64,000 nucleotides of DNA from an uncultured delta proteobacterium (GCA_963827685.1 CAWHBU010000006.1:384001-448000), one strand, 5' to 3'. Numbered from the stretch's first letter, positions 20,244 to 30,095 are shown. Numbers and translations are program-made. The notes: generated by a model from the sequence alone, not told the origin.

Positions 20244-20504
20244 CTATCCGCAGCATGACCTATTGGTTTGCCTGTCGCAGGGCAAATCATACTCCTTTTT
20301 CCGACCCATGGCATCGTCAATTTTGTTTTTGATGGCCAAATGGGCTCCTTTCTTGACCTGACTGGCAAGATCAACAGCCTCTTGAATTTCCTCAGGAGCA
20401 AGGCCCGTAGATTCGGCCTTCCCAAAGTAGTGCTCAAAACAAGGGATACAGTTTGCTGCGGTAGAGGCCCCTAAACAGATTAAAAGCTTGGTTCTCTCGT
20501 CCAT
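20244..20504 (-). CDS. Carboxymuconolactone decarboxylase/AhpD-like protein
   Basis: LI.LGAS.AANCIPC..H motif; C-terminal CC. Confidence 0.8.
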   Translation of the reverse strand: MDERTKLLICLGASTAANCIPCFEHYFGKAESTGLAPEEIQEAVDLASQVKKGAHLAIKNKIDDAMGRKKEYDLPCDRQTNRSCCG

Positions 20505-20544
20505 GGCTCAAACCCTCCTTTTTCAAAAGTTCTATTATATATAA

Positions 20545-20571
20545 GACGGGTATGGCCACTGAAAGGTTACA
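20545..20571 (-). promoter_or_regulatory. ECF-type promoter TGTAACC-N16-CGTC for the ahpD-sigma operon
   Basis: Minus strand tgtaacc tttcagtggccatacc cgtc, ~40 bp upstream of the ahpD-like ATG. Confidence 0.6.
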
Positions 20572-20589
20572 GAACTTTCCCACTTCGTC

Positions 20590-22848
20590 TCACGAGCGCA
20601 AACTTCCGAAGCTTTTCGCCAACCTGCTCACCCGACATGGAATATAACGGTGGAGCGGCGTGGCTGCCAGACGATCTCGGTGTTTTTTCGGGGCCAGCCG
20701 GTTTACATTGGCTCCATGTGTCTCTCCGCCGTGAACAAGCCCGAAGCCATGAGGGATGACAACCTGTCCTCGATGCGAGCTATCTGTAACCTCCGCTTCA
20801 ATCCTAACAGATCCTGCTTCGGTTTCGATGAACACTTCTTCACCCTCTGCAATGCCAAGTCCTTCGGCGTCATCGGGGTGTATCCGCATGGTGCAAGGAC
20901 GTCTTCCCTCATTCCAGGCCGGGTCACGCATGATCGTATTGGCCACCATTTCCATATGGTTTCCGGCCATCAGAACCATGGGATAGTCCTTGTTCACGAG
21001 TTGGGCCTCTTCGGTTGCAGGTGTTACTTCCTTGACCCATGATTCCATTTCTGGGAAATGGATATGGATTTTCTTGTCAGAAGTCTTCAGGAGAGAAAGG
21101 TTTTTTCCCGTGTCTACGACTCCGATTTTTACCGCACTGGGTGTTTCCAGAATTTTTCTGAATATTTCTTCACCCGTCATCGGTCCCACCTGATAACCGG
21201 CACGGGCTACCTCCTCGGAGTGCATCATCGGAAACCGCGCCAAAAGTCCCCAGAGCGCGGCCAGATTTTTTGACCCCAACTCCTCACCAAGGGTCTTCGC
21301 AAGTATATAAGGTAACCACGGCTCTGCCTTTGGGTTGCTGCGGAGATATTCCATCAGTGCAATGCCAAAGCGTGGCCGGTCCCCAGCCAGTTCCCTGAGC
21401 TTGAGAGGATAATCCGGGATCATACCCAACCTTTCCGCAAGTCCCATAAAGATAGTTGCCTCTTCCACTTGCTCTCCATCTGCCTCCACCACAGGCCGGC
21501 GCATATTGAAGTAGTAGTCTGGGTAGTGCCACTGGAAAAATGTGCCGTCCCACTTCTCATAGCCCGACCTCGCTGGCAGGACGTAATGAGAAAGAACGGC
21601 TGTCTCGCTCATGGCTACCTCAATGGTTACCAGCAAGTCCAGCTTTGCGAAGGCTTTCTCATAGGCGTCAGTGTCGGCGTAAGAACGTAGGGGATTTGAG
21701 CCGCTGACGATCAGGCCGCGGAGGCGCTGGGGGTGGTCGTTATCGATCTCTTCCGGCATCACATTGGGTGGAAAGACCCCCATGATCAAGGGAATATTTG
21801 TCATGACTGTCTTCCATGTACCTGAGGCTTCTTCTGGCGTGTGGGATCCAATTGGCATCAGGTGGCCCAAAAAAACATTGCCGCCTTTGACCCCTATACG
21901 GCCTGTTAATGTAAGGAAGATCAATTCCAAGTAAGAATTAAGAGTGCTGTGCCTTCCCATCAGGATGCCAAGATCGCTGCGCATCGCGGTTTTGCGGGTG
22001 GCAAACAGTCTGGTGAATTCCCGGACAGCATTGACATCTAATCCACAAACGCGACAGTTGTCTTTCACATCTATGTCATCAAACCAGCCTCGAATAGCTT
22101 CGAAGCCCTCCACTGTAGCAGCCAGATAATCCTTGGCCAAAAGCCCTTCCGTTAACAAGATCTTGATCATCGCTTTGAACAGGAGAGCGTCAGTCCCAGG
22201 CCTGAGTCGTAGATGGATGTCGGCAAGTTTGGTTGTCTCCGTCACTCTCGGGTCAACGACGGCCAATAAAAACCCAGGGTCTTTTTTCTTGTTTCGAAGC
22301 ACCACCGGCGCATTGGGTATGTCGTGGCTCACCATGGGATTGGCTCCCCAGAAGACAAGGAGATCCGATCCCTGAATGTCGGGAAACGAATGCATATACT
22401 GGCGGCCAAATGCCTTCCCGTTCACCCAGAAAAAACCCGTAAGCTCCTGGGCCAGGGGGCTATAATGATTCTTTGAGCCCAATCCATGCAAAAAGCGCAC
22501 GCCGAAGGCGGCTTCAAAATGGCAGCCCTGGCCACCTCCTCCCATGTAAGCGACGGAGCGAGGCCCGTGGGTTTGTACAATTTCTTTGAATTTGGCTGCT
22601 ATTTCGTCCAAGGCTTGATCCCAGGAAACGCGTTCAAAGCGACTCCCAACCCGTTTGAGAGGAAACTTCAGCCTTTCCGGGTTATTCTGAAAATACATGA
22701 CGCTCGCACCTTTTCTGCAAACATAACCCTGTGAACGCGGATTTTCCTTGTCACCCCTCACTTTGATGATCTTGCTGCCTTCTGTGACGACCTCCAGGCC
22801 GCAGTTTTGGCCACACAAAACACAAGAAGTTTTCTTCCACTCGCTCAT
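20590..22848 (-). CDS. Molybdopterin (bis-PGD) oxidoreductase of unknown substrate
   Basis: TSCVLCGQNCG...VCRKG, WGANP, VDPR, PGTD, IHPDDA, PHGFG. Confidence 0.9.
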   Translation of the reverse strand: MSEWKKTSCVLCGQNCGLEVVTEGSKIIKVRGDKENPRSQGYVCRKGASVMYFQNNPERLKFPLKRVGSRFERVSWDQALDEIAAKFKEIVQTHGPRSVAYMGGGGQGCHFEAAFGVRFLHGLGSKNHYSPLAQELTGFFWVNGKAFGRQYMHSFPDIQGSDLLVFWGANPMVSHDIPNAPVVLRNKKKDPGFLLAVVDPRVTETTKLADIHLRLRPGTDALLFKAMIKILLTEGLLAKDYLAATVEGFEAIRGWFDDIDVKDNCRVCGLDVNAVREFTRLFATRKTAMRSDLGILMGRHSTLNSYLELIFLTLTGRIGVKGGNVFLGHLMPIGSHTPEEASGTWKTVMTNIPLIMGVFPPNVMPEEIDNDHPQRLRGLIVSGSNPLRSYADTDAYEKAFAKLDLLVTIEVAMSETAVLSHYVLPARSGYEKWDGTFFQWHYPDYYFNMRRPVVEADGEQVEEATIFMGLAERLGMIPDYPLKLRELAGDRPRFGIALMEYLRSNPKAEPWLPYILAKTLGEELGSKNLAALWGLLARFPMMHSEEVARAGYQVGPMTGEEIFRKILETPSAVKIGVVDTGKNLSLLKTSDKKIHIHFPEMESWVKEVTPATEEAQLVNKDYPMVLMAGNHMEMVANTIMRDPAWNEGRRPCTMRIHPDDAEGLGIAEGEEVFIETEAGSVRIEAEVTDSSHRGQVVIPHGFGLVHGGETHGANVNRLAPKKHRDRLAATPLHRYIPCRVSRLAKSFGSLRS

Positions 22849-22871
22849 GATCCGCTCCTTTCCCAAATCAA

Positions 22872-23080
22872 ATGCTTAATGCGAATTGCCTTGTGCATAT
22901 CTTGAATGACCTGTGAAATGTCAGGAATTTCTCTCGCCTTTTGTTGATTACCGCGGTGTAGAGCTGTTTTTTTATCGGCCTTGAAATGGGTGGTATATAA
23001 TTGCACTGCATCACGGGCCTGTCTTATCTGCCAGTCAGCGGTGTTTTTTGTGATTTTAGTTTGTCTAAGAACTTTTCCAT
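22872..23080 (-). pseudogene. intI: Integron integrase N-terminal remnant (catalytic domain absent)
   Basis: Translates as MEKFLDKLKSQK/TADWQIRQARDAVQLY...IQDMHKAIRIKH (frameshift in A6 run); WQ.RQA..A..LY and M..AIR.KH resemble the deltaproteobacterial IntI N-terminus; divergent from the cassette array. Confidence 0.7.
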
Positions 23081-23204
23081 TAAAAATGCCTTTTGATATT
23101 AGAAAGCCAGATTATACGCAATCCGTATAACATGGTATTACGTAGCAATTACGAATGCAATAAGAATATCTTCCCTTTATTTACAAATAATTACGATTGA
23201 ATGC

Positions 23205-23275
23205 GTGTTCAGATTATGATATCGTAAAAACAAAAAATGAGAGTAAACAGGTATTCCGTATATTAATTGTTGGGC
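23205..23275 (+). other. Putative attI site, array 1
   Basis: Ends in GTTGGGC, the exact complement of the first attC R'' box GCCCAAC; homologous to 33352-33424. Confidence 0.7.
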
Positions 23276-23307
23276 TATAACACGCATACATGAAGGACTT
23301 ATAGCAT

Positions 23308-24069
23308 ATGAACGGGCAGATCGAGAAACCAGACTATGGCAATTGGACTCCAAGACTAATGATCTATGCTCCCCTCGCAATAGCGCTCCTGTTCCTGGCA
23401 TCGAGCCTCATGTGGTCTTTCCTGCTGATTCCGGGTGCGTTCTTCGTGCTGGTCGCTGCCTTTATATTCTATGTTCGCTTCAAGCTTTCTCCCACAGCAG
23501 GAAATGTCCAAGAATCCATTTGGAACTTCGTAATAGAGCACTTGGATTGGAATGGAGAAGGCAGAGCCTTGGACATAGGATGCGGGAACGGTGCCCTTGC
23601 TATCAAGCTGGCTCAGAAGCACCGCAAGGCACAGGTCCTTGGAATAGACTATTGGGGAAAGAAATGGGATTACTCTATGAGCGTCTGTGAACGTAATGCA
23701 GCGCTTGTGGGAGTCAGTGACCGTGTAACGTTCCAGAGAGGCAGCGCCGCGTCATTGCCATTCGCTGACGGGTACTTCGACGCAGCGGTGAGCAATTTCG
23801 TCTTCCATGAGGTCGGTGGTGTCAAAGACAAGCGTGAGATTATTCGTGAAGCATTGCGGGTTCTTAAGAAAGGTGGCAGATTTGCTTTTCAAGACGAATT
23901 CCTCATCAAGAAGATGTATGGTGATCCAGACGCATTGGCCAGCACTATCAAGAGCTGGGGAATAGCCAAAGTGGAGTTCATTCAAACCAGAAGCTTGTCC
24001 TTTATCCCACGCCTGTTGAAAGCACCGTTCATTTTAGGAACTATGGCGATGATACGGGGAGAGAAGTGA
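23308..24069 (+). CDS. Membrane-anchored class I SAM methyltransferase (gene cassette)
   Basis: Two N-terminal TM segments, LDIGCGNG, SLPFADGYFD; followed by attC. Confidence 0.88.
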   Translation: MNGQIEKPDYGNWTPRLMIYAPLAIALLFLASSLMWSFLLIPGAFFVLVAAFIFYVRFKLSPTAGNVQESIWNFVIEHLDWNGEGRALDIGCGNGALAIKLAQKHRKAQVLGIDYWGKKWDYSMSVCERNAALVGVSDRVTFQRGSAASLPFADGYFDAAVSNFVFHEVGGVKDKREIIREALRVLKKGGRFAFQDEFLIKKMYGDPDALASTIKSWGIAKVEFIQTRSLSFIPRLLKAPFILGTMAMIRGEK

Positions 24070-24087
24070 GCAGCAGGCCCAAGAACA

Positions 24088-24143
24088 GCCCAACGAGGCG
24101 TTCCACCGGATCGCTTACGCTCCCGGTGAACTCTGTGTTATGC
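24088..24143 (+). other. attC site
   Basis: GCCCAAC...gttccaccgg / ccggtgaac...GTTATGC, 56 bp, extrahelical base in L box. Confidence 0.85.
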
Positions 24144-24158
24144 CTCTCAAGAGATAAT

Positions 24159-24599
24159 ATGAAGATCTTACTTCCAATTGTTTTTGCGGGTATTGCAGCA
24201 ATCGGGAATGCTATGTTTGCGCTTGGTCAAAAGAAGTCAGCTGGTGTGGAGAATGGGTTACTATTCGTTGGCTTGTCTGCTCTCGTCGCTGTCTTCTTCG
24301 CTCTTTTCTTTGCGCCATTGCTGGGCGTATTTGATGTAGGGAACACAGTGACGGGTAATTGGAAAGCTGTTCTTTTAAGTGGGCTTGGGCTTTTCCTTAC
24401 ATATCTTGGCTTCAATCTTCTGTATTCAAGGTACGGTGCCTCTCAATATGTCCTCTATGCAGTGCTATCCATCATCACAACAACAATAATTGTTGGTATT
24501 TTTTGGTTGAAGGAGCCGGTCAATGTCTATCACAAGGTCGCTATTGCTATGGCCATTGCAGCGGTTGTCTTTTTCTCAATTGGCCAGTCAAAGGCATAA
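24159..24599 (+). CDS. EamA/DMT-family small transporter (gene cassette)
   Basis: Hydrophobic ~146 aa, ..LKEP.. DMT motif; ends in GCATAAC R'' box. Confidence 0.8.
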   Translation: MKILLPIVFAGIAAIGNAMFALGQKKSAGVENGLLFVGLSALVAVFFALFFAPLLGVFDVGNTVTGNWKAVLLSGLGLFLTYLGFNLLYSRYGASQYVLYAVLSIITTTIIVGIFWLKEPVNVYHKVAIAMAIAAVVFFSIGQSKA

Positions 24600-24638
24600 C
24601 AATAAAATTAAACGTTGTCGGGTTGTCGGGCGGTTGTC

Positions 24639-24770
24639 GGGGTCAGGTTTTGCAATAGCACATTGAAGGAAATTGCCGAACATCTGGGTTTCCATTATGC
24701 TACTATAAACCGGGCAATAAAACGGGTGGAGGGGGGATAAAGTCAAATGTATGATTGCAAGACCTGACTC
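24639..24770. mobile_element. Internally deleted RAYT/Y1-transposase-type element (MITE) truncating an attC
   Basis: TIR ggggtcaggttttgcaat / attgcaagacctgactc; interior encodes LKEIAEHLGFHYATINRAIKRVEGG*, a C-terminal HTH remnant. Confidence 0.65.
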
Positions 24771-24820
24771 TTCTGCTCAGATTCCAGAGACCGGCTTTAT
24801 CGCTGATCGTCTTCTGCTCT

Positions 24821-25870
24821 TTATTTCATCGTACAATCCAGAAAAAAATCCTCAAATACCGCGCCTATCAGAAGCCGGTTTTGGTAAACGGCTCCAATGC
24901 TGGCTGCGGATATCTCATCCCCGAGGTTACAATATATCTCTTTAAACGAATATGCGCCATTTTCTGATTTAGATACTTCAAGAATTTGCGACGGAGCCTT
25001 TTTTGTCCTGTCCTTCGTATGCTTTATTAAGCTAAGAAGCTTCGGATGGCAGGCAATGCGGATCTTCCCGTTCGCGTCAACATCAATATTGTCGGGGCCG
25101 GTGCCCAGGTAGAGCTCATAGACCTGCTTGAGAGAGCCTGTTGCGCCATCGCGATCATAAACATGGAATTTTTTCCCGATTGTCGATGCGGCATAGATGG
25201 TCTTCCCGTCAGCGGTCGCCCATATGCCGTTGGCATAGGACAGATCGCCCGCCACTTTCCGCAGTGATGTTCCGTCGTAATAGACGATATTAGAACGCGA
25301 GAGCCGGAGGTAATCCTCAATTTGCTTGCCCCAATTTGACTTTGATCCATGGTCATTGGTGAAATAAAACTGCCGCGCACCAACCGCTGCGACGTCATTA
25401 GGGCTGATCATGAGGTCGCCGGAGACAGTCTCCAGGTGTACAAGAGTATTATTGCTGAACTCGAATATTTCTACGAAATGGCGAGGAGGCTGATGATTGA
25501 TTACAAAAAGATACTTCCTGCCGTCGGGGCCGGTGTAAAAACTAATGCCGTGGGGTTGGAATTTCATCGTAAGGCCAGCTGTCAAGTTTTTTATCGCAGG
25601 CTTCCCCAACAGATTATAGGCGAATATTGCTCCCTGCTTTACATTACCCTGCATAAATGCACGCCGGTCAAAGGAGGATATGAACGCGGTCCCTGTGGAA
25701 TTATCAATCGCTATATCCTCAGGCCCGGGAACGTTAAGCACTTTAACGCATGCGTAATTTGAATGGGGTTCAAGCGTTTTAAACTCGCCGGCATCTTTCA
25801 TGAACTTCAGGATGAAAACCGCGATTCCAATAAAAACTACAGCTAAAATTACGAATATTTTCTTTTTCAT
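24821..25870 (-). CDS. Paraoxonase/arylesterase-like six-bladed beta-propeller lactonase (SMP-30/PON family)
   Basis: GPEDI, PHGIS, PNDVAAVG..FYFTNDH, ANGI, GPDNI; N-terminal anchor. Confidence 0.85.
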   Translation of the reverse strand: MKKKIFVILAVVFIGIAVFILKFMKDAGEFKTLEPHSNYACVKVLNVPGPEDIAIDNSTGTAFISSFDRRAFMQGNVKQGAIFAYNLLGKPAIKNLTAGLTMKFQPHGISFYTGPDGRKYLFVINHQPPRHFVEIFEFSNNTLVHLETVSGDLMISPNDVAAVGARQFYFTNDHGSKSNWGKQIEDYLRLSRSNIVYYDGTSLRKVAGDLSYANGIWATADGKTIYAASTIGKKFHVYDRDGATGSLKQVYELYLGTGPDNIDVDANGKIRIACHPKLLSLIKHTKDRTKKAPSQILEVSKSENGAYSFKEIYCNLGDEISAASIGAVYQNRLLIGAVFEDFFLDCTMK

Positions 25871-26055
25871 CGGAAGCCTCCTAATAGATTATTCTGGAAT
25901 TTCTAAAAACAGGGAGCAGAATAATATTGCTAAAAATAAATTAGGGACGGAAACGAGGGACGTTGGTTCAAATGCAACCTTCATATATTTTCGGCCTCGT
26001 GGATCTGTCACACGCGTTTCATGCTGTCGTTCATCCAGTGCTTAAAGGAATGGCT

Positions 26056-26568
26056 TTAGCCCTTTAATCTGAATCTCCACTTGCAAAACATATCTTTGGG
26101 ATGAGGATCGGGGGGAGCAAAAACACACTCTATTTGGATACGTTCGTCGATCTCCCGGGCAAAGCCTGCAAACTCGCCCCTATGCATTTCTTTGCATACG
26201 AACTCTTCCAATCCTCTTTTGAGACGGGCTTCCTGAGTAGGACAATTAGGAACCGTGATGATCACTTCGTCTTTCTTCTCCTCAATCTGATAGCCCACCA
26301 GGATAGTCCAAGGGAAATACCTCAGGGCTTTGACAAACCCCTTGAGCCCTTTCTCCCTTATATCAAAGCGGCTGATTAGGTCTTTGGCAGCCATACCGCC
26401 TACCCGACCCCAGACCTGTTCATTGAGCCGTTCTGCCGTGGGTTGATCGAACTTCTCCGCTACAAAAAGGAACCAGAAGGCATCCATCACACGGTAATGC
26501 CAGAGTAAGAATTGGATATAACTTTTAAGCTCGGAGGCCCTCATTTTTTCGAAAATCTTGGTATCCAT
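26056..26568 (-). CDS. Conserved hypothetical protein (DUF6125-like)
   Basis: D..WF..V...F....A..LN..VW; CP.Q.AR...G...F.C; C.FAPPD.HP....C.W.F. Confidence 0.7.
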   Translation of the reverse strand: MDTKIFEKMRASELKSYIQFLLWHYRVMDAFWFLFVAEKFDQPTAERLNEQVWGRVGGMAAKDLISRFDIREKGLKGFVKALRYFPWTILVGYQIEEKKDEVIITVPNCPTQEARLKRGLEEFVCKEMHRGEFAGFAREIDERIQIECVFAPPDPHPKDMFCKWRFRLKG

Positions 26569-26593
26569 TTCTTTCTCCTATTCCTAGAAATGA

Positions 26594-26664
26594 AAATCCC
26601 TCCCGACCTCCCTTTCCAAAGGGAGGGGAAGCCCCCCTTTTCTAAAGGGGGATTAAGGGGAATT
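26594..26664. repeat. G/C-rich REP-like hairpin doublet supplying the M48 peptidase stop codon
   Basis: ctccctttccaaagggag and ccccctttt-ctaaaggggg; overlaps LNNSP*. Confidence 0.7.
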
Positions 26665-27912
26665 ATTCAATTTCAGTCTTTCAATCCGCTCGGCCAGAGG
26701 AGGATGAGAGTAATAGAACCATGCATAAAGAGGATGAGGGCTCAGATTGGCCAGGTTGTCGGCAGCCAGCCGCTTCAGTGCAAGGCGCATCGGTTCTGCC
26801 GTCTTCATGAGCTCCAATGCAAAATCGTCCGCTTCACGTTCGAATTTCCTTGAGACGGCCGACTCCAGTGGCTGAGCAAAATAGCCAAGCAGGCTGATGA
26901 AGGTTCCGATGAGAAATAATCCGACATAGATATTCGATTCTTGAAAGCCAAACGTCTGATAGATCAATGGCCAACTCAAAAATTTGGCCACCACATAAAA
27001 AGAGACAAAGGACAGTATCTCTAAAGGGACGAGCATCCGAAGGACATGTCTTCTCTTCCAATGCCCTGCCTCATGGGCCAGGACAGATAGAATCTCTTCT
27101 TCGGTGTGAGAGGCCAAGAGAGTGTCGAAAAGGACAATTCTCTTAGTCCGACCGAGGCCAACGAAAAAAGCATTCGTGTGCTTGCTTCGCTTACTCGCAT
27201 CCATCTTGAAGATTCCTTTGGCTCGAAGTCCGACTTTTTCTATCAGCGTCCTGATACGTTCCTCCAGTCCCTTATTTTCGATCGGATCAAATTTATTGAA
27301 CAAAGGAAGAATGACCACTGGAAATAGCCATAGCATCAGTAATTCAAACCCACCGACCAACATCCATGCCCATACCCACCAGGCATCTCCTCCATGAATC
27401 ACCAGGAATAAGAGAAGACCGAGAAGCAAACCGCCAAGGATGGTTGCAAGGAGGAGGCTTTTCAACAAGTCCGAAATCCACATCTTGGAGGTCATCACAT
27501 TAAACCCATAGCGCTCTTCGATCACAAACGTCTCATAAAGGTTGAAAGGGATACGAAGCAGGTTGGTGAAGATCGAGAGAACAGCAAAGAAAATCACACC
27601 ACTCAGAATCGGACCATATTTCCACAGGCTGATGGTCCTCACCAGCCACGGCAAAAATCCAGACAGTAAAATGGCCAGAAAGAGTCCTTGATTCGCCAAA
27701 GTGGTCACCATGCCAAAATTTTCAGAATCTATGGTATAGGTAGAGATTTTTTTTAATTTCTCGGGGTCGATGATATCCTGAAAAATTTTTGGAACGGTTG
27801 TTCCGTGCTGGCGGAGGTAGGAAATATTGAGCCAGTTAAGATAGATTTGGACACCGGACCGCAATAAAAAAACGGCGAGAAAAACAAGAAGTAAAAAATT
27901 GAGCTGAATCAT
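26653..27912 (-). CDS. M48 family (Ste24/CAAX-like) membrane zinc metallopeptidase
   Basis: F.IEERYGFN, NAFF.G.G..KRIVLFDTL, HEAGH, SRKFEREAD, YSHPP. Confidence 0.92.
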   Translation of the reverse strand: MIQLNFLLLVFLAVFLLRSGVQIYLNWLNISYLRQHGTTVPKIFQDIIDPEKLKKISTYTIDSENFGMVTTLANQGLFLAILLSGFLPWLVRTISLWKYGPILSGVIFFAVLSIFTNLLRIPFNLYETFVIEERYGFNVMTSKMWISDLLKSLLLATILGGLLLGLLLFLVIHGGDAWWVWAWMLVGGFELLMLWLFPVVILPLFNKFDPIENKGLEERIRTLIEKVGLRAKGIFKMDASKRSKHTNAFFVGLGRTKRIVLFDTLLASHTEEEILSVLAHEAGHWKRRHVLRMLVPLEILSFVSFYVVAKFLSWPLIYQTFGFQESNIYVGLFLIGTFISLLGYFAQPLESAVSRKFEREADDFALELMKTAEPMRLALKRLAADNLANLSPHPLYAWFYYSHPPLAERIERLKLNNSP

Positions 27913-27926
27913 GAAAGATTAGGATA

Positions 27927-28430
27927 TTATTTCCTGCGGGCTCTTTTTGTCCGTTTCCTTTTGCGCGCAGGCACCTTCTTTTCGGCCTTTTGAGTCCCTT
28001 TGCCTTCAAGGAGCTTTCTCACCTCACGACGGCCGAGCTTTCGAAGCGCCACCATCGCCGCCTTCTTTTTCATACTCGGCTTAAACTGTCCGCTCTCCCA
28101 CAGATGCGCAGCCCCGACTGTGACGCCTGTAAGGATGGCCAGCTCTTTCTGGGTGATGCCTAAGTGCTTGCGAAGACTCCGGATCAAACGGGGTGAGAAA
28201 CGCGACTCCTTCACTTCTTCTGGAGTCGCCGCCAATACCGTCTTTCCTTTCTCCAACTCTTTTTGCTGACTGGCTGTGATTTGTTGAAGCGCTAAAACTG
28301 CTTTGCGAAGTTGTGAGACCGTACTCTTCAAGGACCGGACATTCCGACCTAATGGACCGGAGATCTTTCGTACTTCTCTTTTTGCCAACCGTACAATTTC
28401 AGATTTGATGACGCCCTCTACTTTACCCAT
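27927..28430 (-). CDS. XRE-family HTH protein with N-terminal coiled coil
   Basis: IKSEIVRLAKRE...; IRSLRKHLGITQKELA.L.GV......WE.G. Confidence 0.8.
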   Translation of the reverse strand: MGKVEGVIKSEIVRLAKREVRKISGPLGRNVRSLKSTVSQLRKAVLALQQITASQQKELEKGKTVLAATPEEVKESRFSPRLIRSLRKHLGITQKELAILTGVTVGAAHLWESGQFKPSMKKKAAMVALRKLGRREVRKLLEGKGTQKAEKKVPARKRKRTKRARRK

Positions 28431-28455
28431 AAGTCCCTCCTTTTAAAATGATTTA

Positions 28456-28592
28456 AATTCCAATAATCAAATCCCAAATCACAAATAAATTCCAATTTTC
28501 AAGCACAAATGACCAAAACGTTTTCGTTTAGAATTTTGAATTTTTCTGATTGGAGCTTGTTTGGTACTTGGTGCTTGGGATTTGGTGCTTAT
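28456..28592. repeat. Heptamer-repeat palindromic element
   Basis: caaatcccaaatcacaaat ... ttggtacttggtgcttgggatttggtgctt. Confidence 0.7.
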
Positions 28593-28655
28593 CTCCCAAA
28601 CGAATACCATCCAGGAAATCAATCCCTGATAAAAGACAATTTTACATTGATGCGC

Positions 28656-30095
28656 TCATTCGAAAATTTTGCCTGGGTTCATGATTCCATTGGGATCCAA
28701 AAGTTTCTTGATCTGTTTCATCAAGAGAAGGCTTCCTCCGTGCTCCTTCTTCATAAACTTTCTCTTTCCAATCCCAATGCCATGCTCTCCGGTGGCCGTT
28801 CCACCGCATTCGATTGCGAAATGGACAATCTCCTCCCCTGCTTCCTGAACCTTCTGCCATTGGGCCTTCTCTTCAGGAATCCCAAGAACCTCCAAATGGA
28901 GATTCCCATTTCCGGCATGGCCGAAGGCATATCCTTTTAGTCCCTTCTTCTCGACGATCTTCTGACCCCATTCCACCATATCCGAATATTTTGAGATGGG
29001 TACAGCCGTATCGATCACAAGAGGACTCAAACCAGGATTGCTCACCTTGATGGATTCGTGAACTCCATAGCGCGCCTCCCAGAGCCGGTTTCGCTCTTCC
29101 CTTCCAATCCCCGCATCGAACCGAAGAGGTCGATTCTCACCACAAATCTCCTTCACCATCTCCAACTCTTCTTTCAAACCAGCGGCGCTTGTCCCATGAA
29201 ATTCGATGAAAAGAGTTGGCCTTTCTTCCAAGGAAAGTTTCTTAAACTGGTTAACGACCTGAACCGTCGGAGCATCCAAAAATTCCAGCGCTGCCGGCGA
29301 CAATCCAGAACGCATGATCTGGAAAACGGTATCAGTGGCTTCGCGAATGGAAACAAATTGCGCCACGGCCGCCATGAACTCTGCTGGGAGACCGATCAGG
29401 CGAAGCGTGACCTCCGTGACCACGCCCAGTGTTCCTTCTGAACCAACAAAAAGACGGCAGAGATCATAGCCTGATGAACTTTTGATTGCATTCGTTCCAA
29501 CCCGGATGACCTCTCCAGAAGGAAGGACAACCACCATGCTGAGGACAAAGTCCTTCGTCGCCCCATACTTAATTGTCCTGATCCCGCTGGCATTATTGCC
29601 CACCATTCCCCCAATGGTTGCCGAGGCTCCCGGGTCTGGTGGAAAGAAGAGGCCGAAACGGGAGAGGGATTGATTTAACTCCTTATAGATTACCCCTGCT
29701 TCAACACGAACCTGAAGGTCCTCTGTCTTTAACTCCAGGATATGGTTCATCTGTTGAAGATCTAAAACAATCCCTCCCTCGACCGGTATGGGATTGCCCT
29801 CCAAACTTGTCCCGGCACCCCATGGAGTAACAGGAATTCGTTTCTCATCGGCCAACTTGAGAATCTGACTGATTTCTTCTGCGCTGAGTGGCCAAACCAC
29901 CACGTCGGGTCTTCGCCTTGGATGAAAAGATTCGTCTTTACTGTGGAGGTCAAGGATGGATTCACCTGTAGACAGCCTTTCAGCCCCTACGATGGACCTG
30001 ATGAGCTCTAACTCCTTATTCGTCACCTTGCCGTATTTCAATGAATCCTTCTTGGCCACCTCAGTCTCAAATGCCAAAGTAAATTCAAAGTTCAA
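28656..30095 (-). CDS. FAD-binding oxidoreductase (GlcD/D-lactate dehydrogenase family); true start probably a little downstream
   Basis: GAGTSLEG, PDPG, GSEGTLG, GHAGNGNLH, TGEHGIG, MNPGK. Confidence 0.9.
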   Translation of the reverse strand: MNFEFTLAFETEVAKKDSLKYGKVTNKELELIRSIVGAERLSTGESILDLHSKDESFHPRRRPDVVVWPLSAEEISQILKLADEKRIPVTPWGAGTSLEGNPIPVEGGIVLDLQQMNHILELKTEDLQVRVEAGVIYKELNQSLSRFGLFFPPDPGASATIGGMVGNNASGIRTIKYGATKDFVLSMVVVLPSGEVIRVGTNAIKSSSGYDLCRLFVGSEGTLGVVTEVTLRLIGLPAEFMAAVAQFVSIREATDTVFQIMRSGLSPAALEFLDAPTVQVVNQFKKLSLEERPTLFIEFHGTSAAGLKEELEMVKEICGENRPLRFDAGIGREERNRLWEARYGVHESIKVSNPGLSPLVIDTAVPISKYSDMVEWGQKIVEKKGLKGYAFGHAGNGNLHLEVLGIPEEKAQWQKVQEAGEEIVHFAIECGGTATGEHGIGIGKRKFMKKEHGGSLLLMKQIKKLLDPNGIMNPGKIFE

